A stretch of 64,000 nt of DNA, taken from NCBI GenBank assembly GCA_964016885.1, contig OZ024741.1, positions 279,062,001 through 279,126,000 of the forward strand, given 5' to 3'. This document shows, in pieces, positions 27,267 through 41,730 of this stretch (position 1 is its first letter; each line of letters opens with the position of its first letter). The notes under the pieces are model-generated. The model ran no database searches and was not told where the DNA came from. It saw only the letters and a program-made list of their open reading frames with translations. A program made the position numbers and the translations under genes. This DNA is from Eledone cirrhosa (Eukaryota).

Positions 27267-27378
27267 TAGGAAAAAGTATGACCCTGACGGCAGAGCTCAA
27301 ACCGTTTCGACGGGTATTTCTGGACTCCAGAAATAGCCGTCGAAACGGCTTGAGCTCTGCCGTCGGGTCTTACTTTTT

Positions 27379-27382
<4 letters not shown>
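27267..27382. repeat. About 115-bp hairpin palindrome within a dispersed microsatellite-associated repeat
   Basis: TAGGAAAAAGTATGACCCTGACGGCAGAGCTCAAACCGTTTCGACGG...CCGTCGAAACGGCTTGAGCTCTGCCGTCGGGTCTTACTTTTTCCTA. Family sequence (gatggaccataacgcaccagagtactcaatact) also at about 15000-15110 and 30900-30990. Confidence 0.75.
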
Positions 27383-28360
<978 letters not shown>

Positions 28361-28685
28361 TATAAATCTGCTTCAACTGATTGATTCTAGCCCCCACCAT
28401 TCCCCGTTAACAGAGTGGTAATTAGGTAAGGGGATCAGGTAAGAAAATATAGACTATTCTTACAAAGTAACAAGTGATATCTCTAGCTTCTCATCGTTAG
28501 TTTCTCCCTTTAAAACATCGTTAGACACACATGTGTACATGTGTGTCTAACGATGTTTTAAAGAGATATCACTTGTTACTTTGTAAGAATAGTCTATATT
28601 TTCTTACCTGATCCCCTTACCTAATTACCACTCTGTTAACGGGGAATGGTGGGGGCTAGAATCAATCAGTTGAAGCAGATTTATA
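28361..28685. repeat. Near-perfect palindrome between (TA)n tracts
   Basis: The arms mirror around about 28535 (acacatgtgtacatgtgtgt). The left arm has an extra block of about 24 bp. Confidence 0.88.
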
Positions 28686-28833
28686 TATATATATATATAT
28701 ATAAATATTTGTGTGTGTGTGTATTTATATATATATATAAAATGAGGTAAATATCTCTACCCATAGAGATATATAGGGTGTCTATAATATAATTGTTGTT
28801 CTATGGTACTAATTTGAAATACCAGAACTATAA

Positions 28834-29408
28834 AAATTGAGATGAGCAGAACAAGCAAAAATTAAACAATCCTTTAAATAAATTAAAAAATGATTTAAAT
28901 ATCTACCTGTTCGTAATGCTATTACCGGCGGTTTCGATTTACAAAAGATTAGAAATTCAGAGAATTTCTAACGGAAAAGTAAACTTCATCAGATAGCTAT
29001 TTCCATCCTATAGGACTAAGTCCCACGGTCTGCAAATATATATTCTCCAATCTATGTAGAGAAAAAATTCGTTGTTGCTTACTGCTATTTTTTTAGCAGC
29101 AAAGCCATCAACACGTCTATAATATTCCCGCTTTCACTAGCGGCCAGTTCACGTGTGGGTCACTTTAACGGCCATAACTCATACGAGCTGGTAGTTGGCA
29201 TTATATTTGCAGACCGTGGGACTTAGTCCTATAGAGTGGAAATAGCTATCTGATGAAGTTTACTTTTCCGTTAGAAATTCTCTGAATTTCTAATCTTTTG
29301 TAAATCGAAACCGCCGGTAATAGCATTACGAACAGGTAGATATTTAAATCATTTTAAAATTTATTTAAAGGATTTTTTAATGTTTGTTTGTTCTGCTCAT
29401 CTCAATTT
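28834..29408. mobile_element. Fold-back element with a hammerhead in each arm
   Basis: 28834-29040 is the reverse complement of 29202-29408. Confidence 0.85.
29245..29324 (+). ncRNA. Type I hammerhead ribozyme motif (long stem II); mirror copy at 28918-28997 (-)
   Basis: GCTAT-CTGATGA-A-GTTTAC...TTAGAAATTC-TCT-GAATTTCTAA...GTAAATC-GAAA-CCG-C-CGG-TA-ATAGC. Stems I, II and III and a GUA cleavage triplet are all present. Confidence 0.72.
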
Positions 29409-29486
29409 ATATATATATATATATATATATTTCGTTTCTGAATTTGTTTAGGAAGATTCTTTATCTGAAAACGTGTGTTGAAACCG

Positions 29487-29795
29487 ATATTGTTATACTT
29501 TGGGAGGGTCATGTTGCCAATAAGAAACAGACGCACCAGTTGCTTTCACTTCAATTTATTATAAATTTCCGGTTGGTTGGTTGGTTCCACAACCGGACTG
29601 TTGTTCATATATTGTCAAAGAAAATAATCCCCAGTCACTGAAGAGGTCACAGAATGTGTGACGAAAGAGCTTTGACAATATATGAACAACCGTCCGGTTG
29701 TGGAACCAGCCAACCAACCGGAAATTTATAATAAATTGAAGTGAAAGCAACTGGTGCGTCTGTTTCTTATTGGCAACATGACCCTCCCAAAGTAT

Positions 29796-29803
<8 letters not shown>
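29487..29803. mobile_element. Fold-back element with a hammerhead in the loop
   Basis: 29487-29620 is the reverse complement of 29670-29803. The terminus atgaccctccc.aagtataacaatata is shared with the 8793-9312 element. Confidence 0.85.
29634..29676 (+). ncRNA. Minimal type I hammerhead ribozyme motif
   Basis: GTCA-CTGAAGA-G-GTCACA-GAATG-TGTGAC-GAAA-GAGCT-T-TGAC: stem I GTCA/TGAC, stem II GTCACA/TGTGAC. Confidence 0.7.
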
Positions 29804-29857
<54 letters not shown>

Positions 29858-30179
29858 TGTGTGTGTATGTGTGTGTGTATATATATCTAAAAAAAAAGTC
29901 TAAAGTCTGTCTTAAGCCAGAACGCTCATTTGGCCGGTGCTTATCCCGGTTTCATGGCGTTAAGCGACTGAGAGTACAAGACTCCCCCCTGGACAGGACG
30001 CCACTCCATCGCAGGGTTAAACCTACAGCTATTGTTGGTACTCATTTTCAGCTGAGTAAACTGGAGCAACGTGAAATGAAGTGTTTTGCTCAAGAACACA
30101 ACACTCAACCCAGGAATCGAGCCCACGATATTATTATCGTAAGTCCAACACTCTTACCACTAGGCCACGTGCCTCCACT

Positions 30180-30213
<34 letters not shown>

Positions 30214-30403
30214 CCAAACAGCACGGACACTCTATCTCAAAATTATTTTTGAAAAGCATTTAGAAATGAGCAACCGGTAAAAACTTAAAAACTTAAAACC
30301 ACAACTGAATACTAACCCATACAATTACTAATACTCTTTTATTCCTAATTAAACCAGTTTTCAACTGTGAACAATTTGTCAGCATTTTCTATTCCGTTTA
30401 CCA

Positions 30404-30434
<31 letters not shown>

Positions 30435-30502
30435 ATATATATATATAATATATATATTAGGGTTAAAGGACTTGAACATCTGAAACTACTTCGCTTTTCC
30501 TT

Positions 30503-30609
<107 letters not shown>

Positions 30610-30660
30610 TCCATCTGGTTTCTTACCACACTTGCTTCGTTTTATATATATACATACACA

Positions 30661-30725
<65 letters not shown>

Positions 30726-30830
30726 GTTTATATGTAAACCTTTATATATAAAACATATATATAAAGTCATAAATATATATGTGTTTTGCAACGGGTCACG
30801 TTGTGGCTCAATGAAGAATTAATAAATGAT

Positions 30831-30900
<70 letters not shown>

Positions 30901-31014
30901 AAACGAAGGAGGTGTGGTAAGAAACAAGATGGACCATAACGCACCAGAGTACTCAATACTAGAGTGGGTAATAGGAAAATATTTAACCCCCGTATACATA
31001 TGTGTATGTATGCT

Positions 31015-31051
<37 letters not shown>

Positions 31052-31282
31052 GTACATATACACATACATATATACTTGTATATATGAGTATAAAAACATA
31101 CATACATATACATACACACACATATATATATATGCACTTACACACGTGTGTGTGTGTGTGTGTGTTTGCGTGTTAATTAGAAAATAGCACACGTAATCGA
31201 AGCAAAGGTGGGATGGAGTCGGGTAATCGGAAATGTTTTGGTTAAGGATGTCTCAGTAGGTATTGTGTTGTAAGTTAGTAAT

Positions 31283-32709
31283 AGCGGCGGCGGCGGCGGT
31301 GGGGGGGGGGGGGGTCGTTGTTGGGGTTGTGGTGGTAGTAGTAGTAGTAGTGGTGCTGATGGTGGGGGTGGTGTCGGTGATGGTGGTGAGTGATGGTCGT
31401 GGTTGTGGTAGTGGTTGTAGTTGTGCTGATGGTGGTGGTGTTGGTGATGGTGTGGTTGTAGTGGTGGTGAGGTGGTGATGTCGGTGATGGTGGGAGTGAT
31501 GGTCGTGGTTGTGGTAGTGGTAGTAGTTGTGCTGATGGTGGTGGTGTAGGTGATGGTGTGGTTGTAGTGGTGGTGATGTCGGTGATGGTGGGAGTGATGG
31601 TCGTGGTTGTGGTAGTGGTTGTAGTTGTGCTGATGGTGGTGGTGTTGGTGATGGTGTGGTTGTAGTGGTGGTGTGGTGGTGATGTCGGTGATGGTGGGAG
31701 TGATGGTCGTGGTTGTGATAGTGGTAGTAGTTGTGCTGATGGTGGTGGTGTAGGTGATGGTGTGGTTGTAGTGGTGGTGATGTCGGTGATGGTGGGAGTG
31801 ATGGTCGTGGTTGTGGTAGTGGTAGTAGTTGTGCTGATGGTGGTGGTGTAGGTGATGGTGTGGTTGTAGTGGTGGTGATGGTGTCGGTGATGGTGGTGAG
31901 TGATGGTTGTGGTGGTGGTGGGTGGTGGTGGTGTCGGTGATGGTGGGAGTGATGGTCGTGGTTGTGGTAGTAGTTGTGCTGATGGTGGTGGTGTTGGTGA
32001 TGGTGTGGTTGTAGTGGTGGTGATGTCGGTGATGGTGGGAGTGATGGTCGTGGTTGTGGTAGTGGTAGTAGTTGTGCTGATGGTGGTGGTGTTGGTGATG
32101 GTGATGGTTGTGGTGGTGGTGTGGTGGTGATGTCGGTGATGGTGGGAGTGATGGTCGTGGTTGTGGTAGTGGTAGTAGTTGTGCTGATGATGGTGGTGTT
32201 GGTGATGGTTGTAGTGGTGGTGGTGGTGGTGGTGGTGTCGGTGATGGTGGTGAGTGATGGTCATGGTTGTGGTAGTGGTAGTGGTAGTAGTTGTGCTGAT
32301 GATGGTGGTGATGGTGATGGTTGTGGTGGTGGTGTGGTGGTGGTGTCGGTGATGGTGGTGAGTGATGGTCATGGTTGTGGTAGTGGTAGTAGTTGTGCTG
32401 ATGGTGGTTGTGTTGGTGATGGTGATGGTTGTGGTGGTGGTGTGGTGGTGGTGTCGGTGATGGTGGTGAGTGATGGTCGTGGTTGTGGTAGTGGTAGTAG
32501 TTGTGCTGATGGTGGTGGTGTTGGTGATGGTGATGGTTGTGGTGGTGGTGTGATGGTGGTGTCGGTGATGGTGGGAGTGATGGTTGTGGTTGTGGTAGTG
32601 GTAGTAGTTGTGCTGATGGTGGTGGTGTTGGTGATGGTGATGGTTGTAGTGGTGGTGGGTGGTGGTGGTGTCGGTGATGGTGGGAGTGATGGTTGTGGTT
32701 GTGGTAGTA
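31283..32709. repeat. G/T-rich compound triplet repeat with higher-order units
   Basis: GGT/GAT/GTA triplets with recurring blocks (GTTGTGCTGATGGT, GTCGGTGATGGTGGGAGTGAT). Confidence 0.9.
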
Positions 32710-32952
32710 AATAAAAACAATAAGAACAGCAAGAATGTAATTTGCCAGAGGGTTCATTCAGACAGGAACATTAAATACCATGTAATCAGTAGAATGCAGA
32801 TAACAGAATTCATGCTAAATACCTGGTTGTTTAGAAAATGGAGTGTTTTCTTGGTTGATTCTATTATCTGCAGTGGATTGACAGAATCGGTAGAGCGTCG
32901 ATAACATGCTTTGCGGCATATAGTTTCGGCTCCTTACGTTCTGAGTTTAAAT

Positions 32953-33163
32953 CAGGCATGTCAAACTGAGGGTTCTCCGAGGGCCAAATGGGTTATATAT
33001 GTGTTGTCTGAGGGTCAAATTCGACAACTAATTGCGCACATCACAACTAATTATACGAAGAAAAAACATGCTCGCGCGCGCGCTGTAAAAACCTTTGTGC
33101 GGGCCGCAGGTGTGTTTGTAAAGGGCCACATGCGGCCCGCGGGCCACATGGCTGACATGTCTG
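32953..33163. mobile_element. hAT-type MITE inserted in a SINE
   Basis: TIRs CAGGCATGTCAAAC / GCTGACATGTCTG, subterminal GCGGCCCGCGGGCC, and 8-bp TSD GTTTAAAT (32945-32952, 33164-33171). It splits a SINE at its B-box region. Confidence 0.85.
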
Positions 33164-35264
33164 GTTTAAATACAACCGAAGTGAACTTTGCCTTTCATCC
33201 TTATGGGTTCGATAAAATAAAGTACCAGTGATGCCCTGGGGTCGATTTAATCGACTCCCCCCCCCCACAAAATCGTTGGCCTTGTGTCTATATAAGAAAC
33301 CATTATTAAAGGGTGGTAGGGTGGTGGATTAGCAGTATGGGTTGCCACATATAATTACGTCCCTTTACATTCTGAGTTCAAATACCACCGAAGTTAGCTT
33401 TGCCTTCCATCCTTACGGGGTCGGTAAAATAAAGTATCAGTAATGGTCTATTTAATTGACTTTCCCCTCCCCAACAATTATTGGCCATGTACCTAAATCA
33501 TAAACGATTATATGTTCTACAGTACATCTGATCATGGCCGCAATATGACCAAATGGTTTAGAAGTTCGGTTCGCAATCATTACGCCTCGGTTTTGATCCC
33601 AGTCCATGCTATCTTGGCCAAGTGTCTTTTACCATAGTTTTGGGTCGACCCATACATTGTGAGTGAAATTAGGTCGACAGAAACTGTTTGGAAGCCCGTC
33701 AAATTAACTATACCTGTAATTCAAATGTGGCAAACACCATTTTTTTAAATAGCTTCTAATTTTGGATGCATCTAATGCATCGGAGTATTTTGTATGTATG
33801 GTCCCGTAACTCCTGATAGAGTCGTAGGGACGCCGTATTGACGTGCAGCGTTTCTTGGGTATGTTAAGCCTAATGGAGCCCACTCCTCTCCAGGCTGGAG
33901 TACAGCAGATTTCTTCCAGAGAAAGATAGAAAGTGAGAGAGAGGAAATGAGAAAGAGATATAGAGGAAAAATCCACTGGTACTTTTTTTTATCGACCTCA
34001 AAGGGTTGAAAGGAAAAATTGACCTCGGTGGGATTTGAACTCAGAGAGTAGAGAGCCGGAACGAACACCATAAAACAATCTATCCGATGTTCTAACGACT
34101 CTGCCAATTCGCCGCTTTACCGGAGCATTATTTAAGCTGCTAAATACGTATTTCGTTTTCTTCCTTTACATCTTGTATTGAAATCAACCCCACGAGATCG
34201 AACTTATGTTTCGTTGCTCTGGGATTATACAAATAAAATTTCTGTAATAAACCGAAGGCAAATAAATAGGCCACATAAGCGCCGACTCATTTCACCTTTT
34301 ATGAAATTGGTTCCATCCATCTTCCACAAAAATCGATACTCTAGGTGCTAGTAAAATATATAGCATTATTACTCCACACAATATACATATTAAGTAAATT
34401 TAACCAACAAAAAGAATAAGATAAATATTAACAGCAAAACATCAATTTATAGGCCTTGCACTATATGAATATTTAAGTAAACTTCAGAACATAATTACAT
34501 TAAATTGCAATTAACTTGTATTATGTTACTTTTTATATACATATTAATGAATAGAAAGGGTGGTGGTTGACTCAAGCGGTAAAGCGTTGTATTAAATGTT
34601 TGCCAGTATTTCCTTACAAACCTTTACCTTCCGAATTAAAATCCAACCGAGATTGACTTGGGGTTTTTTGTTGTTGTTTTCTCTTTCCAATGTCAATTAA
34701 ATATATCCAGTGAAATACTGGGGTAGACTTGATCAACTATACCTGTTCTCTCAAATGTATGGCTTTGTACATATATTAGAATGCCAGAGTCGTTACAGCA
34801 TCAGATAAAAGGACAGTTCAAATCATGCACCGAGGGTAATTTTGCCTTTCATCCTTCCGATGTCGATAAAATAAAGTACCAGTTAAATACTGGGGTCAAG
34901 ATGGCTTTGTGTATATGTTAGAATGGCAGAGTTGTTACAACATCGGACAAACGCCATTGCAAAGAGTCGGAAGGAATACCGTAAAGTATTTTATCGGACG
35001 TTCTAATAACTCAACCAATTCGCCGCCTGTGCCAACAAGTGCCTGGGAAATTTTCAGCCGCTGGCAATATATATAATTTTATCATTAAATAGTTATATTG
35101 ATAGTACAACTAGAATACTCATGTGCCGAAACAGACGTGAGAGAGAGGTCAAAAGGAATATACAAATGTAATTCTTGGGCACAAATAAATTTATCAGGCA
35201 GCAAAAAACGAAAAAGAAAGAAAAAATTAAATAGCAAACTGAAGGTTAAGTGATGAGCGGCAGA

Positions 35265-35520
35265 CTCTACAACCCAGTAAAGGTGGTATATCAAGCGGAC
35301 AAAATGGCGAAAACTGCCGCGAGGAACAGCTAACGATACTTGATGCATCAGTGACACAACCTCACGGGGCACCTTTCTCAGGCGGGATGCACCCCTTACT
35401 GATTTTACAATCATCCCTAGCCCAAGATGGAGTAGCCAAAAGGAATATCCCCTTATTTCTTTATCGCTTTAACTGATATTACATGCAGCCTTTGCCCACG
35501 ACACAGAATCCTTGACGGTC
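35265..35520 (-). mobile_element. Highly decayed RLE-type non-LTR 3' fragment
   Basis: LMHQVSLAVPRGS resembles LFQRVSLAVPRGNA in the 3807-4375 element. Confidence 0.45.
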
Positions 35521-35894
35521 CGGACCAACTAGACGTACAATAAATTGGTGAATCTGACAGCTGTAAGAAACAGAAATACTGAATGAGTAACAAGTGTTTC
35601 GTTAACTTGCAGCCGTGAGTTCAAATCCTGCTGTATCAAGAGAATAAAACTTATATTACATTACTCGAATTCTCAACTCTTCAGTAGTGTTCAAGCCAGT
35701 CTCTAATATGTTCATCTTTTCAAATAAGTATCCATATCATAAAAATATGGAAGCCTGTAACCTTTACGTATCTTATGTCAGACTTAGTGTACAATAGCCC
35801 CAGTACTTAGGTTTTTAGGTCTGGTCTTTATATTATGAAGCACATACGCAAACGAACGGGGAAACACACGCACATGTATATGTACATATACAGA

Positions 35895-35984
<90 letters not shown>

Positions 35985-36252
35985 GTATATATATATGCAT
36001 ATATATATATAATTATGTGTGTTTGCGTGTGTAGGTCAGTCATGTCTGCCACGTGGTCCTATGTTCGATCCCGCTGCGGGCGACTTGTGTGTGTGAGGAG
36101 AATGCAAGAGAATAAGAGGATAGAGCCGTGACACGGTGTCTTGTCTTGCTGGTAAAAATTGGTCAGAGAAAGCTAGTAGTCGCGAGGTGACCATCGTTGT
36201 GGTAGAACTAGGATTAAGCGAGCGATTGCTGATCATAGACCTGCTATATCAA

Positions 36253-36385
36253 CAGGCATGGGCAACCTTCTTCGAGCAGTGGGCCGCATAGGATGTGGCT
36301 CATCAAAAGGCGGGCATACACTACTAAAAAATTCAAGGCAATTTTAAAATTAGGCGTGCCATACAGAAAACCAAACCAGCGACAG
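36253..36385 (+). mobile_element. hAT (Charlie-like) terminal fragment
   Basis: CAGGCATGGGCAACC terminus followed by GGGCCGCATA. The reverse complement matches 19555-19635. Confidence 0.6.
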
Positions 36386-36894
36386 TTTGCTTATGACTGA
36401 TCGACTAACTAATAACCACAAGCTGTGGAGGGAACCACCTAGATATGTTCATTAAGATATATGTTAGAATATAGACGAAGCGTTGAATTAAATTTCCATG
36501 TCATCTCTGTGGAAAACAAAAATGGTCTCCAAAAATCTGCGCAGTATTACTCTTCTTAGGAAGAAAGGTGTGGGTTGTGTAATTTAATCAGATAAAGTTT
36601 ATTAATAATTCATACCGATCTCTGGTGGAATTCAGTAGGTCATGAAGTCAGATTTTCCAATGAGAAATTAAATTGGAATTTTTAGGACGTTCAAAGATAT
36701 ATAATATAGACATATTTATGTATATGTTTATGTGTATATATATGTGTGTGTGTGTGTACAGACATATATATACTGTATATATATCCATATATATATATCT
36801 ATATATATATATATAATATATATACATGTGTATATATGTATACATGTATATATAAATATATATATATATACATTTGTATATATATATATACATG

Positions 36895-36944
<50 letters not shown>

Positions 36945-38581
36945 CATATATATATATATACACATGTATATATATATATGTGTGTGTATGTGTATGTATG
37001 TATGTATATATACATATATGTATGTATGTGTGTATGTATACATATGTATAGGCATGGTGTGTAGGTATTGTGTGTGGTGGATATAGAAAGAGTTCGAGAG
37101 AATCAGATAGTTAGTAAAAGAGAGGAAGGAAGCAAAGTATCGTTGTGAGAATTGAAGTGTTTTGTTTGTGACATTTTGTTGGTTTTTTTTTATGTTTTTT
37201 AATATATTCATATTTCTATCAATATTAGATTTGTCTAAAAATAATTCCTATTTAATACTGAAAACATCCATGACTGTGATCTGTCCCGATTGAGCAGACC
37301 TCTGATTAAAAACAGTCCATTTGTGATTATTCCATCTGTTTTTCTATATGTTATTCTCTCTAAAGTCTAAAGTGTGTCTCGAACTCGGAGACTCATTAAG
37401 GTGGTGTTTGTACCAGTTTCCGTGGCGTGAAGTGACTAAGAGTAAGAGACTCCCCCCAGGACAGGACGCCAGTCCATCACAGAGTTAAGCTTCCAACTAT
37501 TGCTGGTACTCATTTTCAGCAGAGTGTACTGGAGCAACGTGAAATAAAGTGCTTCGCTCAAGAACACAGCACACAACCCAGTCCAGGAATCGAACTCACG
37601 ACATTATGATCGAAAGTCCAACTACCTTACCACTAGGTCACGCACATCCACCACGATATACTGTACTCTTGCATATTTTTCCTATTGTGTGTGTGTGTTT
37701 TTTTTAAGACTGATTTGAGGAATGTTTGGCAACCATATCTAGCGGATCGAGTCAACTAAATATTGGTTGACACTGAGCTAATGTATTCTTTGAGGAATAA
37801 TGTTATTTCTTTTGTATTTTATACAAAATTAGTTAAAGCGACACCTGTGATAGGATTATCGGCCTTTGCCTTTCCCTTGGATGACATCGGTGGTGTGGAG
37901 AGGTAAGACTAGAATGCATGGGTGCCAGCTGGTCTTCCACAAAACACCTTGTCCAGGTTTTCCCTCTGGAGAAGAAATTTCCAGGTGCTCCATCATGGTC
38001 AGTTATGCGTAAAGGGGATCCCTCTTTCTATAATTTATAGAAAGGTTTTGCATTAAGATGCTTCGACTAAATCAAAACATAACATAGGTCGCTATTGGTG
38101 AACCTTTTCAGTCTCTGATCAATAGAAAAGAACACAGCAGGAAAGGCGGATGAAGCTAAACAGATGTCATGTAAGCTCTAGGGCGAAAGTGAGGGCGAGG
38201 AGATGAAGGAGAGAAAGAAAGGTAGTAAAGAAAAGATATAGAAAGTTAAAAGGAAAGAGAGAGTGAGCTAAAAAGAAAGAGGGAGATTATTATGGCACGG
38301 TTACATTGAAAAAGGATTAACTGTGATTTATCATCTTCGAAAGGGTCGATATATAGCTGGGCGCGTAACTATGCTGCGTAGTCAAATATATCATGTCTCA
38401 TTTATCCTTTCTTATTCCTGTTGTTTTCAAGTTTATTTTTCGTTATGTAAGACAACGAAATAAATGGCAGAGTCATTAGAACATCAGATAGAATATTTTG
38501 CTGTATTCGTTCTGGCTCTCTGGGGGGTCAACTTTCCCTTTTATCCTTTTGGGTCGATACTTTTTCTATATCTCTTTTCAC

Positions 38582-38704
<123 letters not shown>

Positions 38705-38732
38705 TATACATATATATACATATATATATATT

Positions 38733-38764
<32 letters not shown>

Positions 38765-38808
38765 CATATATATACATATATATATACATATATATATACA
38801 TATATATA

Positions 38809-38906
<98 letters not shown>

Positions 38907-39289
38907 TATATACATATATATATATATGAATAAAGTTAGTCCTTCATCCGTGATCTTCCAACCATCATTGGTATTTCATCGCTTTAAAGACCATATACCT
39001 CCGGTTGGTGCCAGCAACGGCTAAAAAAAGTTTGTAAGACACATATAAATAAATGGGACACGAGAGTGTAAACAAACAAAGATGGTGAAGCAACGAAAAA
39101 TGAGGAAGAAGGAGTCAAGTCCCAAATTTCCATGAATATAAATTCGGTGAAATCGTGAACGAGAGAGAATAAAGACCATCAAACCTGGTTGGAATGTGAG
39201 CAAGGAAGGAATTCCGTACAGGTCTAACGGGAGGAAGAAGGGATCTAGTCTGTGAATTCGGTGAACGTAAGTTCTGTGAAATCGTAGAC

Positions 39290-39325
<36 letters not shown>

Positions 39326-39357
39326 AGAAAAACCACAGACTCTCGATCTCAACTCTA

Positions 39358-39393
39358 CTTTTGAAAAGCAGAAAAACTGCGAAACCGGTAAAG
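39358..39393 (+). ncRNA. Minimal hammerhead-like motif, U3-A8 variant (second copy)
   Basis: CTT-TTGAAAA-GCAG-AAAAA-CTGC-GAAA-CCGG-TA-AAG within a repeat of about 150 bp (39321-39470) homologous to 15300-15440. Confidence 0.55.
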
Positions 39394-39522
39394 GAACCAA
39401 ATAAATATATATATATTTTTTTAAATAAGACTCCAGTTGCATTTTCGATTTCATCTTTTTTTCTTTATACTTTCACTCGTGTAGGACACCTCGGTTATTT
39501 TTCATTTTGTAAAAAAAAACTC

Positions 39523-39554
<32 letters not shown>

Positions 39555-40003
39555 CTTTTCTCCCTCTCTCTCATTCTCCCACTCTCTCACACAGACACAC
39601 ACACATACTTTCCTATTCTGGAAGAAATTGGCTGTGTTTAGACCTGGAGAGGGGATAGGCTCCGCCTGATTTAAAATACCCAATTCGCCGCATAGTATGT
39701 GGCCTTAGCTCTGATAAATCTAGCAAACTAAATAACTAAAAAGAACATCTGTTTTGGTCAATTCTGTTGGTTACCAAACTTTTGTTTAAAGTGCTGTGTA
39801 AATGTCTTATTGGATTAAGATTGCGACACATTTATAGCTGGGAATTGAACATTTTAATCTGCCGGATTTCAGAAAACTCATTCACTTGTCTCCTCTCTAC
39901 TATGATTAGGATCGTTATCTTTCTCTACCTCACAGTTTAAAACACTACTGAATCCCTCATCACTTGTTACACACACACACACTCTCTATATATTATTATA
40001 TGA

Positions 40004-40113
<110 letters not shown>

Positions 40114-41444
40114 GTGTATGTGTGTGTGTGTGTGTATCTATCTCTATCTATCTACCTGTCTTTCTATTCCTATCAATCTTTAGAACTTTCTCGCTCTCTC
40201 TGTTTATATATGCACGTGCGTGTGTAGGTGTGTATATATGTGTGTATGTATGTATGTGTGTGTTTGTGAATAGTAAGCTAGTATTCTAAATTCGAAGAAT
40301 ATATCTTTCAAAGATTCCGTATAAAAACAATCCTACATTAAGTTTAATAAGATCAGAACACTGTACAGAAGATTTTATGATTTTATCCTGTAATCATCAG
40401 CTTTTCCACCACACATTTTACTTTAGAGTGAAAAATACTAAAAATAAGCGACAGTCACTTTTATGACTAAAGAAGTATTTGTCAAAGAAGTCTTCTAGTC
40501 TTATTATAAGGTTGGTTTATGTTGTTTGGAAAAGTTAAGAATTGTTATTTCTAATATTTTCAACATCAAAAATATCACAGTAGGTTTAAATTGCAATGAT
40601 TGGGAGTAGATATTAAAAGGTGGATGAACTCAAAGTCAACAGCCATCCACCACAATTGAGGGCTAAATAGCTTCATCAACCAAGCGTAGTGAGTACGGCT
40701 ACACCACTAACGATGTGACCAAAACCAAACAGAAAACGGTGATTGTCAACCAGGGAGGGGTTCCTCCAACAGGATTGCGAAGGCCATGGATTGGATTAGA
40801 AGTTGGCTAACATCATTCTTTAGACGAACCAACAAGAGAGATAACTCTGAACATTTCTGCGTTATTAGGCTTCATCGGCAGAAATATAAACTTTACTAGG
40901 GCTGAATATCAACCCAGGATTTAATTATGAGTAACTTCTATGACGTTCCTCTCGGTGCAGCGCATTCAACCATGACTAGATTTAGACCTCGGGGAGCCCG
41001 AAGCAGTTCAGTTTTGGTGGGCTCCTCATACAACACACACATATACATATATATGTGTATATATGTGTATATACAAGCACAGAAGAAGAAGAAGAAGAAG
41101 AAGAAGAAGAAGAAGAAGAAGACCTATTCGGAGAGTGATGCCTCTTGTTGATGAGAGGAGATTTAGTGAAGAGGCCCTGCATTCAACACTGTACGTGCTG
41201 CAACACCAACCCTATACTGAACTGATCGCAAACGTTGACATATTTCTCTGTCTTTCGACAAAAGACCAGTTCCTTGTAATATATATTCAGTATATGATTC
41301 CATAAACTATTGCCACAAAAAAGATTTTGATATTCATTTTACGATGAACATTTTCTGGAGTTTTTCCACTAATAATATACGATCAGTTTTTTTTTCAATA
41401 CATTTATAGTCCCTAACAACGAACATTTTACAATGAATATCTTC

Positions 41445-41475
<31 letters not shown>

Positions 41476-41730
41476 CTTTCTTTTTTTGGGGGGGGGGGGG
41501 CTGTTTTGTATTATATTGCTTTTTTTTTTTTTTTTTTGTGGTGGGTATTGTATTGTTTCTGTCATTGGAATGTGTACCTGTTACATACTAATATAACAGG
41601 TAACAGGTAATATGTACACGAGTGTACTGATGGTCAAAACTTCATTGCTTTCATTTATCTTATTGATGAAGGAAGAAGTCAATCTGAGCGGGAGTTTGAA
41701 CACTTTGAATTAAAATAGGATTTACGGTCC

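Noticed and set aside
31177-32757. His/Pro/Thr-rich 485-526-aa ORFs (mucin- or extensin-like)
   Set aside because: Compound triplet repeat open in multiple frames, with no unique coding flanks or convincing splice sites.
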